64,000 bases of DNA from NCBI GenBank assembly GCA_003154775.1, contig PMES01000031.1, positions 4,334-68,333 of the forward strand, written 5' to 3'. A model generated the notes under the pieces. The model had not been told where the DNA came from and made no database searches. It saw nothing but the letters and a program-made list of their open reading frames with translations. A program made the position numbers and the translations under genes. Shown here one piece after another: positions 30,766-40,748 of this stretch. Each line of letters opens with the position of its first letter. Positions within the stretch are counted from its first letter, which is position 1. This stretch comes from Acidobacteriota bacterium (GTDB taxonomy: Bacteria; Acidobacteriota; Terriglobia; Acidiferrales; UBA7541).

Positions 30766-31560
30766 TCAGAGGATGCTGCGGAGGATGCCGCCTTCGGCGC
30801 GGACCGCGGCACCATTGATAATGGCGCCTTGCGCGCTGGCCACGAAGGCGACGACAGCCGCGACTTCTTCCGGCGTTTCGAAGCGCTTGAGGAGCGACGA
30901 TGGCCGGACCGTCGCGAAAAATTGCTTTTCAATCTCCGCGACAGAGACACCCTGCCGGCGCGCTACATCCTGGACAAATGAGGTTGCGCCTTCCGAACTT
31001 GTGGGTCCCGGCAATACGGAATTCACGGTGACACCCGTGCCGGCAACCGATTCGGCCAGGCCGCGAGCGAGAGCGAGCTGGGCGGTCTTGGTCATGCCGT
31101 AGTGAATCATCTCCGCGGGAATTTGCAGAGCAGAATCGCTGGAAATAAAGATCACGCGGCCCCAGTTTTTGCGCAACATCCCGGGAAGAAAATGGCGGGT
31201 CAGCCGGACGCCGCTCAAGACGTTCACCGCAAAAAAACGGACCCAATCCGCATCCGGGATTTCCAGAAAGGGCTTGGGCTCGAAAATGCCGAGATTGTTC
31301 ACGAGAATGTCAGCTTCCGGAACCTGCTCGATGAATTGTGCAATGCCTTCGGAATTTTCCAGATCGGCGGCGATGCCGCGGACATCCGCGCTTTTGGTGC
31401 GTTGACGAATGGAATCGAGCGCGACGGCGACACGCGCGTCGGTGCGACCATTGATAATGACGCGCGCCCCTTCTTCCGCAAGTGTGGAAGCGATGGCGAG
31501 ACCGATTCCCGCGGTCGAGCCGGTCACCACGGCCTGCTTGCCCTGCAAACCCAAATTCAT
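30766..31560 (-). CDS. SDR family oxidoreductase
   Basis: TGSTAGIG, LVNNLG, YGMTK (YxxxK) and VNSVLPGPT. Confidence 0.9.
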   Translation of the reverse strand: MNLGLQGKQAVVTGSTAGIGLAIASTLAEEGARVIINGRTDARVAVALDSIRQRTKSADVRGIAADLENSEGIAQFIEQVPEADILVNNLGIFEPKPFLEIPDADWVRFFAVNVLSGVRLTRHFLPGMLRKNWGRVIFISSDSALQIPAEMIHYGMTKTAQLALARGLAESVAGTGVTVNSVLPGPTSSEGATSFVQDVARRQGVSVAEIEKQFFATVRPSSLLKRFETPEEVAAVVAFVASAQGAIINGAAVRAEGGILRSIL

Positions 31561-31604
31561 GTTTCGTTTCCCCTTGTCTGAGAGTTAGGCGCCCTGAAGC
31601 GCGT

Positions 31605-32588
31605 TTAGAGTGCGGCTTTTGCCTTCGCCACAGTACTGGAAAAGGCTTCGATTTCGGCAATTTCCTGCGGGCTGAGTCTCAGCTCCCCGCCGCGCATCAC
31701 GCCTTCCGCTTGTTTTGCGCTGCGCGAACCAACAATGGCGCCGGTGATCACGGGATTGCGCAGCGTCCAGGCAATGGCCACTTCCCCGGGACCCCGGCCG
31801 TGACGCGCACCGATTTCCTTCAGTTTCTCCACCAGTTCCAGATTCTTGGAGAGCTTTGGCTCCTTGTACTCGGGATTGCGGCTGCGGAAATCGTCGGGCG
31901 GAAGAGCAGCGGCGCGCTCGCGAGTCATGCCACCGGTGAGCATTCCCGAAAACATCGGGGCGTAGACAATCACGCCAATGCCGCGTTTCGCGCAATACGG
32001 CAAGGTGGTTTCCTCGATCTGGCGACGCAGAATGGAGTAAGGGGGCTGGAGAGAAGTGACCGGCGCGATGGCCTCCGCGCGCTTGATTTGCTCCGCGTTA
32101 AAGTTGGAGACGCCAATCCAGCGCACCTTGCCTTCCTTTCGCAAGGCTGCCAGAGTTTGCCAAACTTCTTCCAAGCCGGGCCCGTTATCGGCCGGCGGCC
32201 AATGGACCTGATACAGATCGATGGTGCCGGTTTGCAGGCGGCGCAGGCTGCTCTCGCACTCCTCGCGGATGGAATTGGCGGAATGACTGGGGCTGATTTT
32301 GCCGCTGGCGTCCCAACGAAGAACGCACTTGGTAAAAACATAGGGCCGCGCGCCACGCCAGTCTTTCAGAGCACGGGCAACGACCTCCTCCGAGTGGCCC
32401 AAGCCGTAAACGGCAGCGGTGTCGATCCAGTTGACGCCGAGTTCGAGAGCGCGGTGGATGGCAGCGATGGAATCGGAGTCTTCCTGCGGGCCCCAGGAGA
32501 ACTCCCATCCCGCGCCGCCGATGGCCCAAGCGCCAAAACCTGTTGGAGTGATGTAAAGATCAGAATTGCCAAGTTTGCGTGTTTGCAT
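31605..32588 (-). CDS. Aldo/keto reductase
   Basis: MQTRKLGNSDL, IDTAAVYG, TKC, IDLYQVHWP and IGVSNF. Start at ATG 32588. Confidence 0.92.
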   Translation of the reverse strand: MQTRKLGNSDLYITPTGFGAWAIGGAGWEFSWGPQEDSDSIAAIHRALELGVNWIDTAAVYGLGHSEEVVARALKDWRGARPYVFTKCVLRWDASGKISPSHSANSIREECESSLRRLQTGTIDLYQVHWPPADNGPGLEEVWQTLAALRKEGKVRWIGVSNFNAEQIKRAEAIAPVTSLQPPYSILRRQIEETTLPYCAKRGIGVIVYAPMFSGMLTGGMTRERAAALPPDDFRSRNPEYKEPKLSKNLELVEKLKEIGARHGRGPGEVAIAWTLRNPVITGAIVGSRSAKQAEGVMRGGELRLSPQEIAEIEAFSSTVAKAKAAL

Positions 32589-32693
32589 ATGTCCTTCATA
32601 CCGCAAGAAGAGTCGCCCAGGCAATCGAAGATCGAGTGCAGGCACCGGGCGCATTTATTGGATGAAGGGTGCGCGGCAAAGGTTAGGAAGGTA

Positions 32694-35600
32694 TCACTGA
32701 GCGACGAATGCCGCGTCCAGGGTAACGGATTCCCCATCGGGATTAGTAAGAATCAATTGCTGCGGGCCCGCCGAAAGCACGGGAGTGGTAATCAGCAGCG
32801 TGTTTATGTCCTTGAAGGTGACACTCGCCGACTTACCGCCGAGGGTGGCTTTCGTTGCGGACTGGAAGCCGCTGCCGCGGATGGTGACGCTGGTGCCACC
32901 GGCCGCGGCTCCGGAAGATGGTGAAAGGTTGCCGATGCCCAGAGGCACATTGGCGAGTTGCAGGACCGTCAGGCCGGACGTAGTGAGCGCGAAAAGATAC
33001 ACCCCATTCTCGTCGGTGGTCAGGAAACAGCCGTGAAGGCCATCGATATCCGTGGAAAGCATGGCGAAGGGCTCGGGGAGATAGATGCGCAGGCGAAGCC
33101 GGCCGCTGTGCGCATCGCGAATGTCGATGCCGCCTCGAATGCCTTGAGCCGGAGGAGCGCTGGGAGGAGGGCCATCCAAAAAAGGATCGAAGAGGAGCGA
33201 GCCGGAAGGATGCAACGCAACGCCTGGAACGGAGACGCGGCCGGGAATGGATTCGAGTTGGGCGGAGACAGGTGTGGAGAACAAATAAAGATCCGCGCCG
33301 CGGATTTCCGTGGCGCTGTTGGAGCGCATGGCGAACAGAGTTCCATCGGCGGACGTGGAGAGATCGGAAGCGGAGTCGTTTGCGGAGGAAACGGTGAAGG
33401 CGTTGGGAGCTGCCGCGGTCCACTGGGCCACCGGCCCGCCAGGCGCTGTGCCGAATGCCAGGTAGACGGTGTCTCCGGCGGAATCCGCCTGGAGCAAGGG
33501 AGCGCCGGTCAGCGAACTGACTTCGGGTTGAGGAGCGGGCTGAAGAGTTGGCGGACTGGCGGTCAAATCCATTTGGCCGAGACAGGAATTGCAGCCTCCG
33601 GTTGAGCCGCCTTCTCCGCTAAGGCCGACGAAGACGGTCGCGGCGCTCGTGGCCGCCACACGGGCCGGGCCGGAGTCTGCATAACCCGGCACGCCGCCGA
33701 CTGGAACCTGCGCGCCATTGTTCGTTGCCCCATCGGGACTGATGAGGTACACGCTCTGTGCGCCAAAATCGGCGACGATGAGCTGCGAGCCGTCAGGTGT
33801 GAGCGCGAGGCCCCGGAGCGCGGCGTCGGGCGGAGGCCCATTGGGGGGTGGCTCGATCGGGCTCCGGAATTCCTGACCTGTGCGATCGAAAACGTCCACG
33901 TGATCGGTGGCGCTGAGATAGACCTGCTGGCGCAGGGGATCGTTGAGAAGGAACTTGTAGAGGCCGGAATGGGGGAAGGTAGCGCTTGCATTCAGATACT
34001 GGAAAGACTTGGGCGCAGTCGTATTGCCTGAAGGAGCGGTGATGGAAATGTCAGTTTTGCCGGGTGTCCCCGGAGGCGTGGTCACGGTGATGCGTTCCAG
34101 AGAAAAGGGATAAGTGGCATCAAGGGAAAGTGCGCTCGCAAAACTTGGCAGGCTTTCGACTTTTTGCACAGTGGCGGCCGTGCCACCAATGGTGACCGTG
34201 AGATTACCGGTGCTGACGCCAAACCCAAAGCCTAAGAAGCAAACCGTGTCGCCACCTGCTTGGGAACCAGCATCCGGAAATACCTGAAGGATGGCGGGAC
34301 CATAGCTGAATGCAGCGGGCGCCACGGCGATCCAGCCGTTGGAAAAGTAGGCGGTGAGATTCACGGGGCCGGAGGTGGCGCTCGGAGGAGAAGAAACCTG
34401 CAGTTGTGTGGAACTTGTCGCCGTGGCATTGACGGTGGACTGCGAGCCAAAGCGAATCTGTGGATTGGAGGAGAAATTAGAGCCGTTCAAGGCGATGGAT
34501 ACAGCACCCGTGTTGGTTCCTTCCGCTGGCTGAGCAACCGGCGCACTCGCAAAGACCGGCGCGTTTTGCGGCAGCGTCGTGGGGTTGGCGGCATCCAGGA
34601 AATTCAGGCCACGATTCGACAGCCCAATCAGAAGCTGGGTCTCATCCGCGTCCTCGAGGGTCGTGGGAATGCCTTCAACCGCGAGATCGGGGATCTGCCC
34701 GAGGTTCAGGAGATTCGACACGGAAAGCGCCGTCACGACATGGCCGCTGCCAAACGGCTCGGTCACGTAGAGCGTTTGTCCCTCACGGGAGAAAACAATT
34801 CCGGCGGCGCTTGGCGAAGAGTAAGAACCCAGCAAGTTCAGATTTCCATCCAGCAAAAAGACCTGCGACGCGCCCGGCGCGCCAAAAACGACGGCGAATT
34901 GGCTTCCATCGGAATTGGCGGCCGCGAACGAAATCGCCCCCGAACCAAGTGCCTTGGGCCCGGTCAGGAGATTGCCGTTGGAATCGAAGACGGCAATCTC
35001 ACCGGTGGAATCATTGCACGCCACGATCACGTGGGTGTGGTCACCCGAGCGGGCCATCACACCAACGCCGTTTTGAAAGAGGGCCGGGGCAGCCGGCGTG
35101 AGATTTGTAAAGAGATTCGAGGCGGGAACCCAGAGCGCCAGGAGCGCTTCACTGGCCGAAGGCTGGCGCAAGCGAACGAGCAATTTGCCTGTGGCGAGTG
35201 AAAGGACTTCGTTGGGGCGATCGAAGACGACATTGGGAATGGGTGTGAGGCCCGCAACAGGGTAGCGCGTGGCCACCTGGAGGGATGCGGTGTTGATGGC
35301 GAGGATCTGTTCAAGCGCGGTGCCCACCCACAATGTTGCGCCGTCGGTGGAAAGATCAACGCTGGAGGCGCCCGGGGCGTCTATGGTGGCTTGCAGCGAG
35401 GCATCGGAAGACGAGAATACCTCCACGCGATTCATCGCCCGATTGGCGACAAAGAAGCGTTTGCCACCCGCGTCATAAACGACATGGCGGCGATGCGGCT
35501 CGCTTGCGGGGCTATCAAGCAGAAGCACGGAATCATTGCGGACATAAATGCTGCGCGGAAGGTTTTGCGCGGAACCCGCCTGGATGCTGATCGAAAGATC

Positions 35601-35993
35601 GGAGGAATGCGAAAGGGATCCGCTGGTGCCCTGCGCGGTCACGGAGAATTGTCCCGTGGAGGCATTGAACGCAGCGCCGAACACCACCGCTATGTTTTGA
35701 CCCGCGGCCACGGAAAAGGGGCTGGTAGGATTGCTGATGATGCCGGAGGGCATGCCGGCCAGGGTGATTTGCACGTTTCCCGCAAAGCCATTTTCAGAGG
35801 TGACGGAAACGGTGACGGGCGAGCTTGTGCCGCCCTGCGGCAGGCTCACCGAAGAGGAAGAGAGCGAGATGGTGAAGTCTGGTTGTGGAGGAGGGGGTTG
35901 GATGCCACCTCCGCCACTTCCTCCACCGCAGCCTGCTGTGAATACCAGGATCGCCAGACCGAGGGCCGGGATTCCTCTAGCGCCTCCCCACAT
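32694..35993 (-). CDS. Large IPT/TIG-domain, beta-propeller surface protein, probable lipoprotein
   Basis: Hydrophobic leader ending TAG-C, three IPT/TIG-like repeats (e.g. SPSSGAAAGGTSVTIRGSGF) and YVTN/propeller-like repeats. Start uncertain (35993 or 36074). Confidence 0.75.
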   Translation of the reverse strand: MWGGARGIPALGLAILVFTAGCGGGSGGGGIQPPPPQPDFTISLSSSSVSLPQGGTSSPVTVSVTSENGFAGNVQITLAGMPSGIISNPTSPFSVAAGQNIAVVFGAAFNASTGQFSVTAQGTSGSLSHSSDLSISIQAGSAQNLPRSIYVRNDSVLLLDSPASEPHRRHVVYDAGGKRFFVANRAMNRVEVFSSSDASLQATIDAPGASSVDLSTDGATLWVGTALEQILAINTASLQVATRYPVAGLTPIPNVVFDRPNEVLSLATGKLLVRLRQPSASEALLALWVPASNLFTNLTPAAPALFQNGVGVMARSGDHTHVIVACNDSTGEIAVFDSNGNLLTGPKALGSGAISFAAANSDGSQFAVVFGAPGASQVFLLDGNLNLLGSYSSPSAAGIVFSREGQTLYVTEPFGSGHVVTALSVSNLLNLGQIPDLAVEGIPTTLEDADETQLLIGLSNRGLNFLDAANPTTLPQNAPVFASAPVAQPAEGTNTGAVSIALNGSNFSSNPQIRFGSQSTVNATATSSTQLQVSSPPSATSGPVNLTAYFSNGWIAVAPAAFSYGPAILQVFPDAGSQAGGDTVCFLGFGFGVSTGNLTVTIGGTAATVQKVESLPSFASALSLDATYPFSLERITVTTPPGTPGKTDISITAPSGNTTAPKSFQYLNASATFPHSGLYKFLLNDPLRQQVYLSATDHVDVFDRTGQEFRSPIEPPPNGPPPDAALRGLALTPDGSQLIVADFGAQSVYLISPDGATNNGAQVPVGGVPGYADSGPARVAATSAATVFVGLSGEGGSTGGCNSCLGQMDLTASPPTLQPAPQPEVSSLTGAPLLQADSAGDTVYLAFGTAPGGPVAQWTAAAPNAFTVSSANDSASDLSTSADGTLFAMRSNSATEIRGADLYLFSTPVSAQLESIPGRVSVPGVALHPSGSLLFDPFLDGPPPSAPPAQGIRGGIDIRDAHSGRLRLRIYLPEPFAMLSTDIDGLHGCFLTTDENGVYLFALTTSGLTVLQLANVPLGIGNLSPSSGAAAGGTSVTIRGSGFQSATKATLGGKSASVTFKDINTLLITTPVLSAGPQQLILTNPDGESVTLDAAFVAQ

Positions 35994-36092
35994 GGCGTGA
36001 CTCCTGTATCGCCTGAACCAGCGGAGCAGCGCACAGCCGGCGAGGACGGACGCCGGCTGGAACAACGCCGCCAATAGAGGTATACGAAGCTC

Positions 36093-36121
36093 ACAATAAA
36101 TATATAATCTAGACTTGTCAA
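36093..36121 (-). promoter_or_regulatory. Sigma-70 promoter for the IPT/TIG gene
   Basis: Minus strand TTGACA-17 bp-TATTGT; palindrome ACTTG-T-CAAGT (36113-36123) overlaps the -35. Confidence 0.6.
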
Positions 36122-36222
36122 GTTATTAAATACTGTTGGAGCAATAGTAGAGAACAATAACAAAACGGCGCGAACCGGAAGTCCGCGCCGCTCTTGCTGA
36201 AAATCCGCTGCAGGCCGTGCCG

Positions 36223-36777
36223 TTAGATGGTCTTCGGGGCAGCACCCGCGGCCGCCGTCGCCGAGGTGCGCGAGAAAGAACCCGCGCCGGATTCCTTTTC
36301 ACCGGACTTGTCGATTTCGATGGAGCCTTTAAAGTAGGCGCCATCTTCGATCATGATGCGGGCGGTGGTGAGATCGCCGTTGACGGAGCCATCCTTCTTA
36401 ATCTCGATGCGGTCCTTGGCGCGGAGATTCCCCTTGACGGTGCCGTAGACCACAACTTCACGAGCGATAATATCCGCGGTCAGCTTGGCCGCGGCGCCAA
36501 CGGTGAGTTTGCGCTCGTCAAGTTGCACCAGACCCTCGACCGTTCCCTCGATCACCAGGTCTTCGTTTCCGGTGATTTCGCCCTTCACATGCAGGCTTGG
36601 CCCGAGCCGCGCCGTGGCGCGATCCGCGGTTGCACCTATCGGACGCATTGCATCAGTACTCATGGCGGTAGTTCCCTCCCAAGATGCCGCAGAAGGCTTC
36701 GGCGGCGGATTCACTGGCAAATTTTTTGTTACCGGCTGCGCGGCTTGCGGCGTATCCGGCTTCTTATTACTCCACAT
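36223..36777 (-). CDS. Bactofilin (polymer-forming cytoskeletal protein)
   Basis: LGPSLHVKGEITGNEDL.IEG.VEG...ARIMIEDGAYFKGSIEI; GGAGG RBS before ATG 36777. Confidence 0.92.
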   Translation of the reverse strand: MWSNKKPDTPQAAQPVTKNLPVNPPPKPSAASWEGTTAMSTDAMRPIGATADRATARLGPSLHVKGEITGNEDLVIEGTVEGLVQLDERKLTVGAAAKLTADIIAREVVVYGTVKGNLRAKDRIEIKKDGSVNGDLTTARIMIEDGAYFKGSIEIDKSGEKESGAGSFSRTSATAAAGAAPKTI

Positions 36778-37050
36778 CGGACCTCCCAAGGGACAAACAC
36801 ACCCCACGCAGAGTTCTGGCCCGGGGTATGCAAACAATAGTCCGCGGGGATGCGCGCCGCAAATACAGTATCCCAAGTGGGTTCCTGAAAGTAACTAGTC
36901 GCAAGAACAGGTAACCAGTTGTACCAGGGCCAGACGGAGATCAGGCGAACGGCGGGCGGGTGTGGCCGTTGCTGATCTAGACGATCAGATCGCGCTGGTT
37001 GCGCAAAAAGCGCGAAGCAAACTGCTCGTGCTTGATGAGCGCGGGTCCGC

Positions 37051-37389
37051 TCACGGAGTGATGGTGACCAGAAGATCCTTGGGCTCGACGTGCTGCCCGG
37101 GCGTCACCAGCAGCTTGCTGATGCGGCCCGCAATCGGCGCATGAATCTTGGACTGCATCTTCATGGCTTCCAGTGTCAGAAGTTTAGCGCCACGCTCCTC
37201 GACCGGCCCCTTTCCGGCGCCCACCTGGTAGGCTTCATCGGCCTTGAAGCGATGCAAGGCCAGGCGATCCTCCAGAGAGTAGATGGCGACGGTGCACATT
37301 CCCAGCTCATTGGCGGCGCGGAAAATACGGATGGCGATTTCGCTGCGATTGGCAGCCAGCACTTTGCGAATAGGTGGCTTCTTCTTCAT
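37051..37389 (-). pseudogene. pyc: Pyruvate carboxylase remnant with large in-frame internal deletion
   Basis: N-terminus [22 protein letters not shown]...HRFKADEAY is fused directly to the biotin-carrier tail EAMKMQ..IHAP..G.I..LLV; 112 aa in total. Confidence 0.85.
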
Positions 37390-37768
37390 GGGAGAGCGTC
37401 AGCCCGGCTCGTTCGGGCAATGCGAAACTTTACATTGTTTCACGGGGAGACCGACAGTGCGGACTGCTTTTTTCAATGCAGCACAGCGGAAAATCTCATC
37501 CTAGTGTTTCAGCAGGGCCACAGCAAAGCGTTTCCTTGCCACGGGCTTTCTGCGGAGAAAGTCATCTGGAGGGGACCGTGGAGTTCGCCACTGCATGCGC
37601 GAAGTGGTAAGGGCGGATATCAGGTAGGTGCCCCTGATTAGCGCTTGCAGTCAAGCGGATAACTTCAGAGTGCCCCGTGATTCGGTCTCAATCGCGGAAG
37701 AGCATTACGCTCCCTGCGTGAACAGCCGGCGAGACACGCTCGAAAAAGAAATTGAGAAGGCGTTGAAG

Positions 37769-38479
37769 CTATGACGACCGCGAATTCCTAATCTTGTTTT
37801 CGTCGATGTATTTGAGATTTTGTTCGCTAGAGGAATAGGGAATCACATCGGGTGTAACACCGAACCAAAGAAATATCTGTCGCACCAACAAAAATGCTGC
37901 GACATCGGGACGGGATTGCAGCTGTTCGGTCGCCACGGGCAGCCGACGGGTGGTGGACGCTGTGGGAGCAACATGTTTGTCATCCGTGAACGAGAACGAG
38001 ATGGTCGATACTGGATGTGGGATCAGGAACAGTTTCGACGTGCCGAAGAATGCGTTTCGAATTTCGACCTTCAATTCGACCTCGGTCGGCTGGGGCTCCA
38101 TATACTTCGTTAAGGCCGAGCACAGTCTGCAAAAATTGAGAGAGAACTCGATCATCGCCAATGTGTTCAAACGAGGCATTTCGCGGAAATTGTTGTCGTT
38201 CAAGCCCCATGACAGGTAATCGTTAGCCGCTGATACGCGCACAAGCAGTGAGCCGTCCTCATATACTTGAATGCGCTTGCGCTCGGCACTCGTTAGTTCG
38301 ATATAGTCGCCTTTGATGATTTGTGCGTGGCTATTCGTTGTAAGGTCCCATCCCGCGTAGCGCAGCTGGCCAGGATTTTCGAGGAGCGATTTGAGAGGTC
38401 CGGCCTCAAAGAGATTCTTATAGGCAGTGGTTTGAAGCGGAACCATTGAGTAGATGAAGACTGGCATCTCGTTCTTCAT
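37769..38479 (-). CDS. Hypothetical protein, partner of the upstream AlbA_2/Schlafen gene
   Basis: 236-aa ORF with lower GC; ATGA overlap with the upstream gene; LLENPGQLRYAGWDL segment. Confidence 0.75.
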   Translation of the reverse strand: MKNEMPVFIYSMVPLQTTAYKNLFEAGPLKSLLENPGQLRYAGWDLTTNSHAQIIKGDYIELTSAERKRIQVYEDGSLLVRVSAANDYLSWGLNDNNFREMPRLNTLAMIEFSLNFCRLCSALTKYMEPQPTEVELKVEIRNAFFGTSKLFLIPHPVSTISFSFTDDKHVAPTASTTRRLPVATEQLQSRPDVAAFLLVRQIFLWFGVTPDVIPYSSSEQNLKYIDENKIRNSRSS

Positions 38480-39168
38480 AAGGAATCATCATCCAGTATG
38501 CGTGCCGTTCGTTCGTCATAGACTTCGTCCGGAGTTTTTGTAGGCGGCGCAGGTCGCGTTTGGGCTTCAATCAAGGCGTCGAGTTTCGCTTCAACACGAG
38601 CGAGGGTCTGAGGAACCGGGTGTTTGCCGCTCTGTGTGTATTTGTATAGCTCGGCGATGGTGAAAGGGTCGTTCGAACTATCATTCCGCTTTGCAATGCC
38701 GAAAACGATCTGCTTCAGTTCGGCTCCGGAGTCGACGACTTTGGCGATAAGGAAAAACTTGTGGCTCGCGCTCTGCGGCTGAACCTCAATGACGCCGAGA
38801 CCCTGCGTCGCCTCCGCGTTCACTGGCAACCAATAAACTTTCAAATCCCTGATCGCCGGATAGACGTGCTCTTTGATGATGCCAAGGTATTGCGCCACAT
38901 CAAACTCAGCTTGGGAACAGAGGTCGTGCGCGCCGATTCGTTCGGTTTTGGCTTCGGCGGCGGGGGCAGTTGTTAATCCGACCAGGAGAATGCCACCTTC
39001 GGCGTTCGCAAAAGCTGTAATATCCTTCGCAAGCTCGTAACGACCTGCTGGCGTCGCGAAATCGTAGGGATTTTTTCTTTTCGCTTCAAGCCACGTATCC
39101 TCATCGAGGCCGATAAGCGCGGCAAATTGCCGAGTCTCAAGGATGGTCTTGATCGATTCGAATGACAT
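38476..39168 (-). CDS. AlbA_2 / Schlafen-like domain protein
   Basis: E23-x4-E28-A-K30, then KD49ITAFANAEGGILLVG, the AlbA_2 (PF04326-type) signature. Confidence 0.85.
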   Translation of the reverse strand: MSFESIKTILETRQFAALIGLDEDTWLEAKRKNPYDFATPAGRYELAKDITAFANAEGGILLVGLTTAPAAEAKTERIGAHDLCSQAEFDVAQYLGIIKEHVYPAIRDLKVYWLPVNAEATQGLGVIEVQPQSASHKFFLIAKVVDSGAELKQIVFGIAKRNDSSNDPFTIAELYKYTQSGKHPVPQTLARVEAKLDALIEAQTRPAPPTKTPDEVYDERTARILDDDSL

Positions 39169-39416
39169 AAGAATCGGCTGCGTTCAGGATACCGAAAGGG
39201 CACAATCCCAAGCAACTAGAAGATCCTCTTTTCGAATAGCAGGAGATCACGAACGTATCGTCTGCAACTCGGAAATTATCTGCCGCATCCTTTCGTCCGC
39301 TGCGAACAGGCAACGCAGGAATTGTCGCCACTTAGAAGCTGAGCGGCCATCTCAGGTCGGCAAAGCATACTCGGGAGACTCTGGGGACTTTGCCCCAGTT
39401 AGGCTGGAGCCTGCCG

Positions 39417-40040
39417 TCAGTACTTGCGCAGGACGCCGATGACGCGGCCCTGGATCTTAACGTCGGCGGCAGCCACCAGGATGGGCGGCATTTCCGAATT
39501 GGCAGGCTGCAGGCGAACTTTCCCCGAGCCTTCGCGATAGAATCTCTTGAGCGTGGCATCATCGCCGCCCACCAGAGCAACAACGATATCCCCGCCATTG
39601 GCTACCTGGGTCTGTTCGCAAACCACATAATCGCCATCCATGATGTGATCTTCAATCATGGAATTGCCTTTCACCTGCAGCACGAAAGAATTGCCGCCAC
39701 GGGCAAAATCACCCAAGGAAATGGTCTCGCGCTCCTCGACGGCTTCCAGCGGGCGGCCGGCGGCGATGCGGCCAACCAGCGGAAGTTCCTGGATGCGCCG
39801 CTCAATCACTTGTTCCTTCACGGACTTCGGCAATTGCAGGATTTCGATCGAGCGGCTCTGGTTATAACCGCGCCGGATAAAGCCCTTTTTCTCAAGGGTG
39901 CTGATGTGTTTGTGGACCGTGGCGAGCGAAGTGAGTTTCAATCCGCGTCCAATCTCTTCAAAACTCGGCGCGTAACCGTGCTTGGTCTCAAACGCGACGA
40001 GAAAATCAAGCACTTCTTTTTGGCGTTTTGTCAGGGCCAT
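39417..40040 (-). CDS. lexA: SOS repressor LexA
   Basis: LTKRQKEVLDF, PSFEEI wHTH, Ala-Gly cleavage site (GRIAAG), catalytic GNSM and TLKR. Confidence 0.97.
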   Translation of the reverse strand: MALTKRQKEVLDFLVAFETKHGYAPSFEEIGRGLKLTSLATVHKHISTLEKKGFIRRGYNQSRSIEILQLPKSVKEQVIERRIQELPLVGRIAAGRPLEAVEERETISLGDFARGGNSFVLQVKGNSMIEDHIMDGDYVVCEQTQVANGGDIVVALVGGDDATLKRFYREGSGKVRLQPANSEMPPILVAAADVKIQGRVIGVLRKY

Positions 40041-40138
40041 GAGTTCCTCCGTGTGCGTGCTGGTGCGGGGCGTGAATCAGTTGTCCAAGCCGCCTGTGGC
40101 TGCGCCGCGATCGGGAATCTGCTCAGCCATCCACGGCC

Positions 40139-40167
40139 ACTTTAGGCGAAAAGAAAGCGAACGTCAA
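40139..40167 (-). promoter_or_regulatory. lexA promoter with overlapping LexA (SOS) box
   Basis: Minus strand TTGACG-17 bp-TAAAGT; box GTTC-GCTTTCT-TTTC (40162 to 40148) overlaps the -35 and fills the spacer. Confidence 0.85.
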
Positions 40168-40229
40168 GTGGCATTTTGAATACTCGCGCGCGCAACTCAC
40201 TCTGTTCAGGAGTACCGCCGTGTGCTGTC

Positions 40230-40748
40230 ATGCCTAAAGATATGATGCCCGCAAAAAATCGTTCCGCAGGCGTAACCGCCGCCGCCACCCTCGCCGTACT
40301 CGGAAGCGTGATCGCCTTCTTCCTCTGGGGCTGGCTCTTCCTTCCTCTGATGAACCTCCCGCCGGACTCGAACGGTCAACACGCGTATCAAGTTCATCCG
40401 ATTACGTTCGCGCTGATTGCGCTGGTTCCGCCGTTTCTGGTGGCGCTTGGCATGCGCACGGGCATCGGCCTCTTCCAGCTTCGACCGCGGGCCCGGAAGG
40501 CTGCGCTTTGGTGGGCTTCGATCGCCCTGGCGTTCTGCTTGAGCATGATCGCGCTGCGGCCCTTCGAGACGTTTGCGATACCCGAGCATTTTGTCGCCGA
40601 AGCCGAATCGTTGAAGCAGCTCCTGGCGGTGTCCGCCGTATTCATGCTGCTTCCGGTCAGTATCTGGTGGCTTTTTTTCTTCCGGCTCAAGAGCGTGGTG
40701 GAGCAATTTGAAGGACGAAGTACGACGGCCAGTTCATCGGAGAGTTAA
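40230..40748 (+). CDS. Hypothetical membrane protein (about 4 TM helices)
   Basis: Four hydrophobic segments; divergent from lexA; start uncertain. Confidence 0.65.
   Translation: MPKDMMPAKNRSAGVTAAATLAVLGSVIAFFLWGWLFLPLMNLPPDSNGQHAYQVHPITFALIALVPPFLVALGMRTGIGLFQLRPRARKAALWWASIALAFCLSMIALRPFETFAIPEHFVAEAESLKQLLAVSAVFMLLPVSIWWLFFFRLKSVVEQFEGRSTTASSSES

Noticed and set aside
37623-39400. Inverted repeats bounding the Schlafen module (GGTAGGTGCCCC vs GGGGACTTTGCC)
   Set aside because: Only about 7/12 complementary; too weak to call element ends.
39169-39416. Dedicated SOS box for the Schlafen module
   Set aside because: No xTTC-N7-xTTC match found; any SOS link would have to be read-through from lexA.
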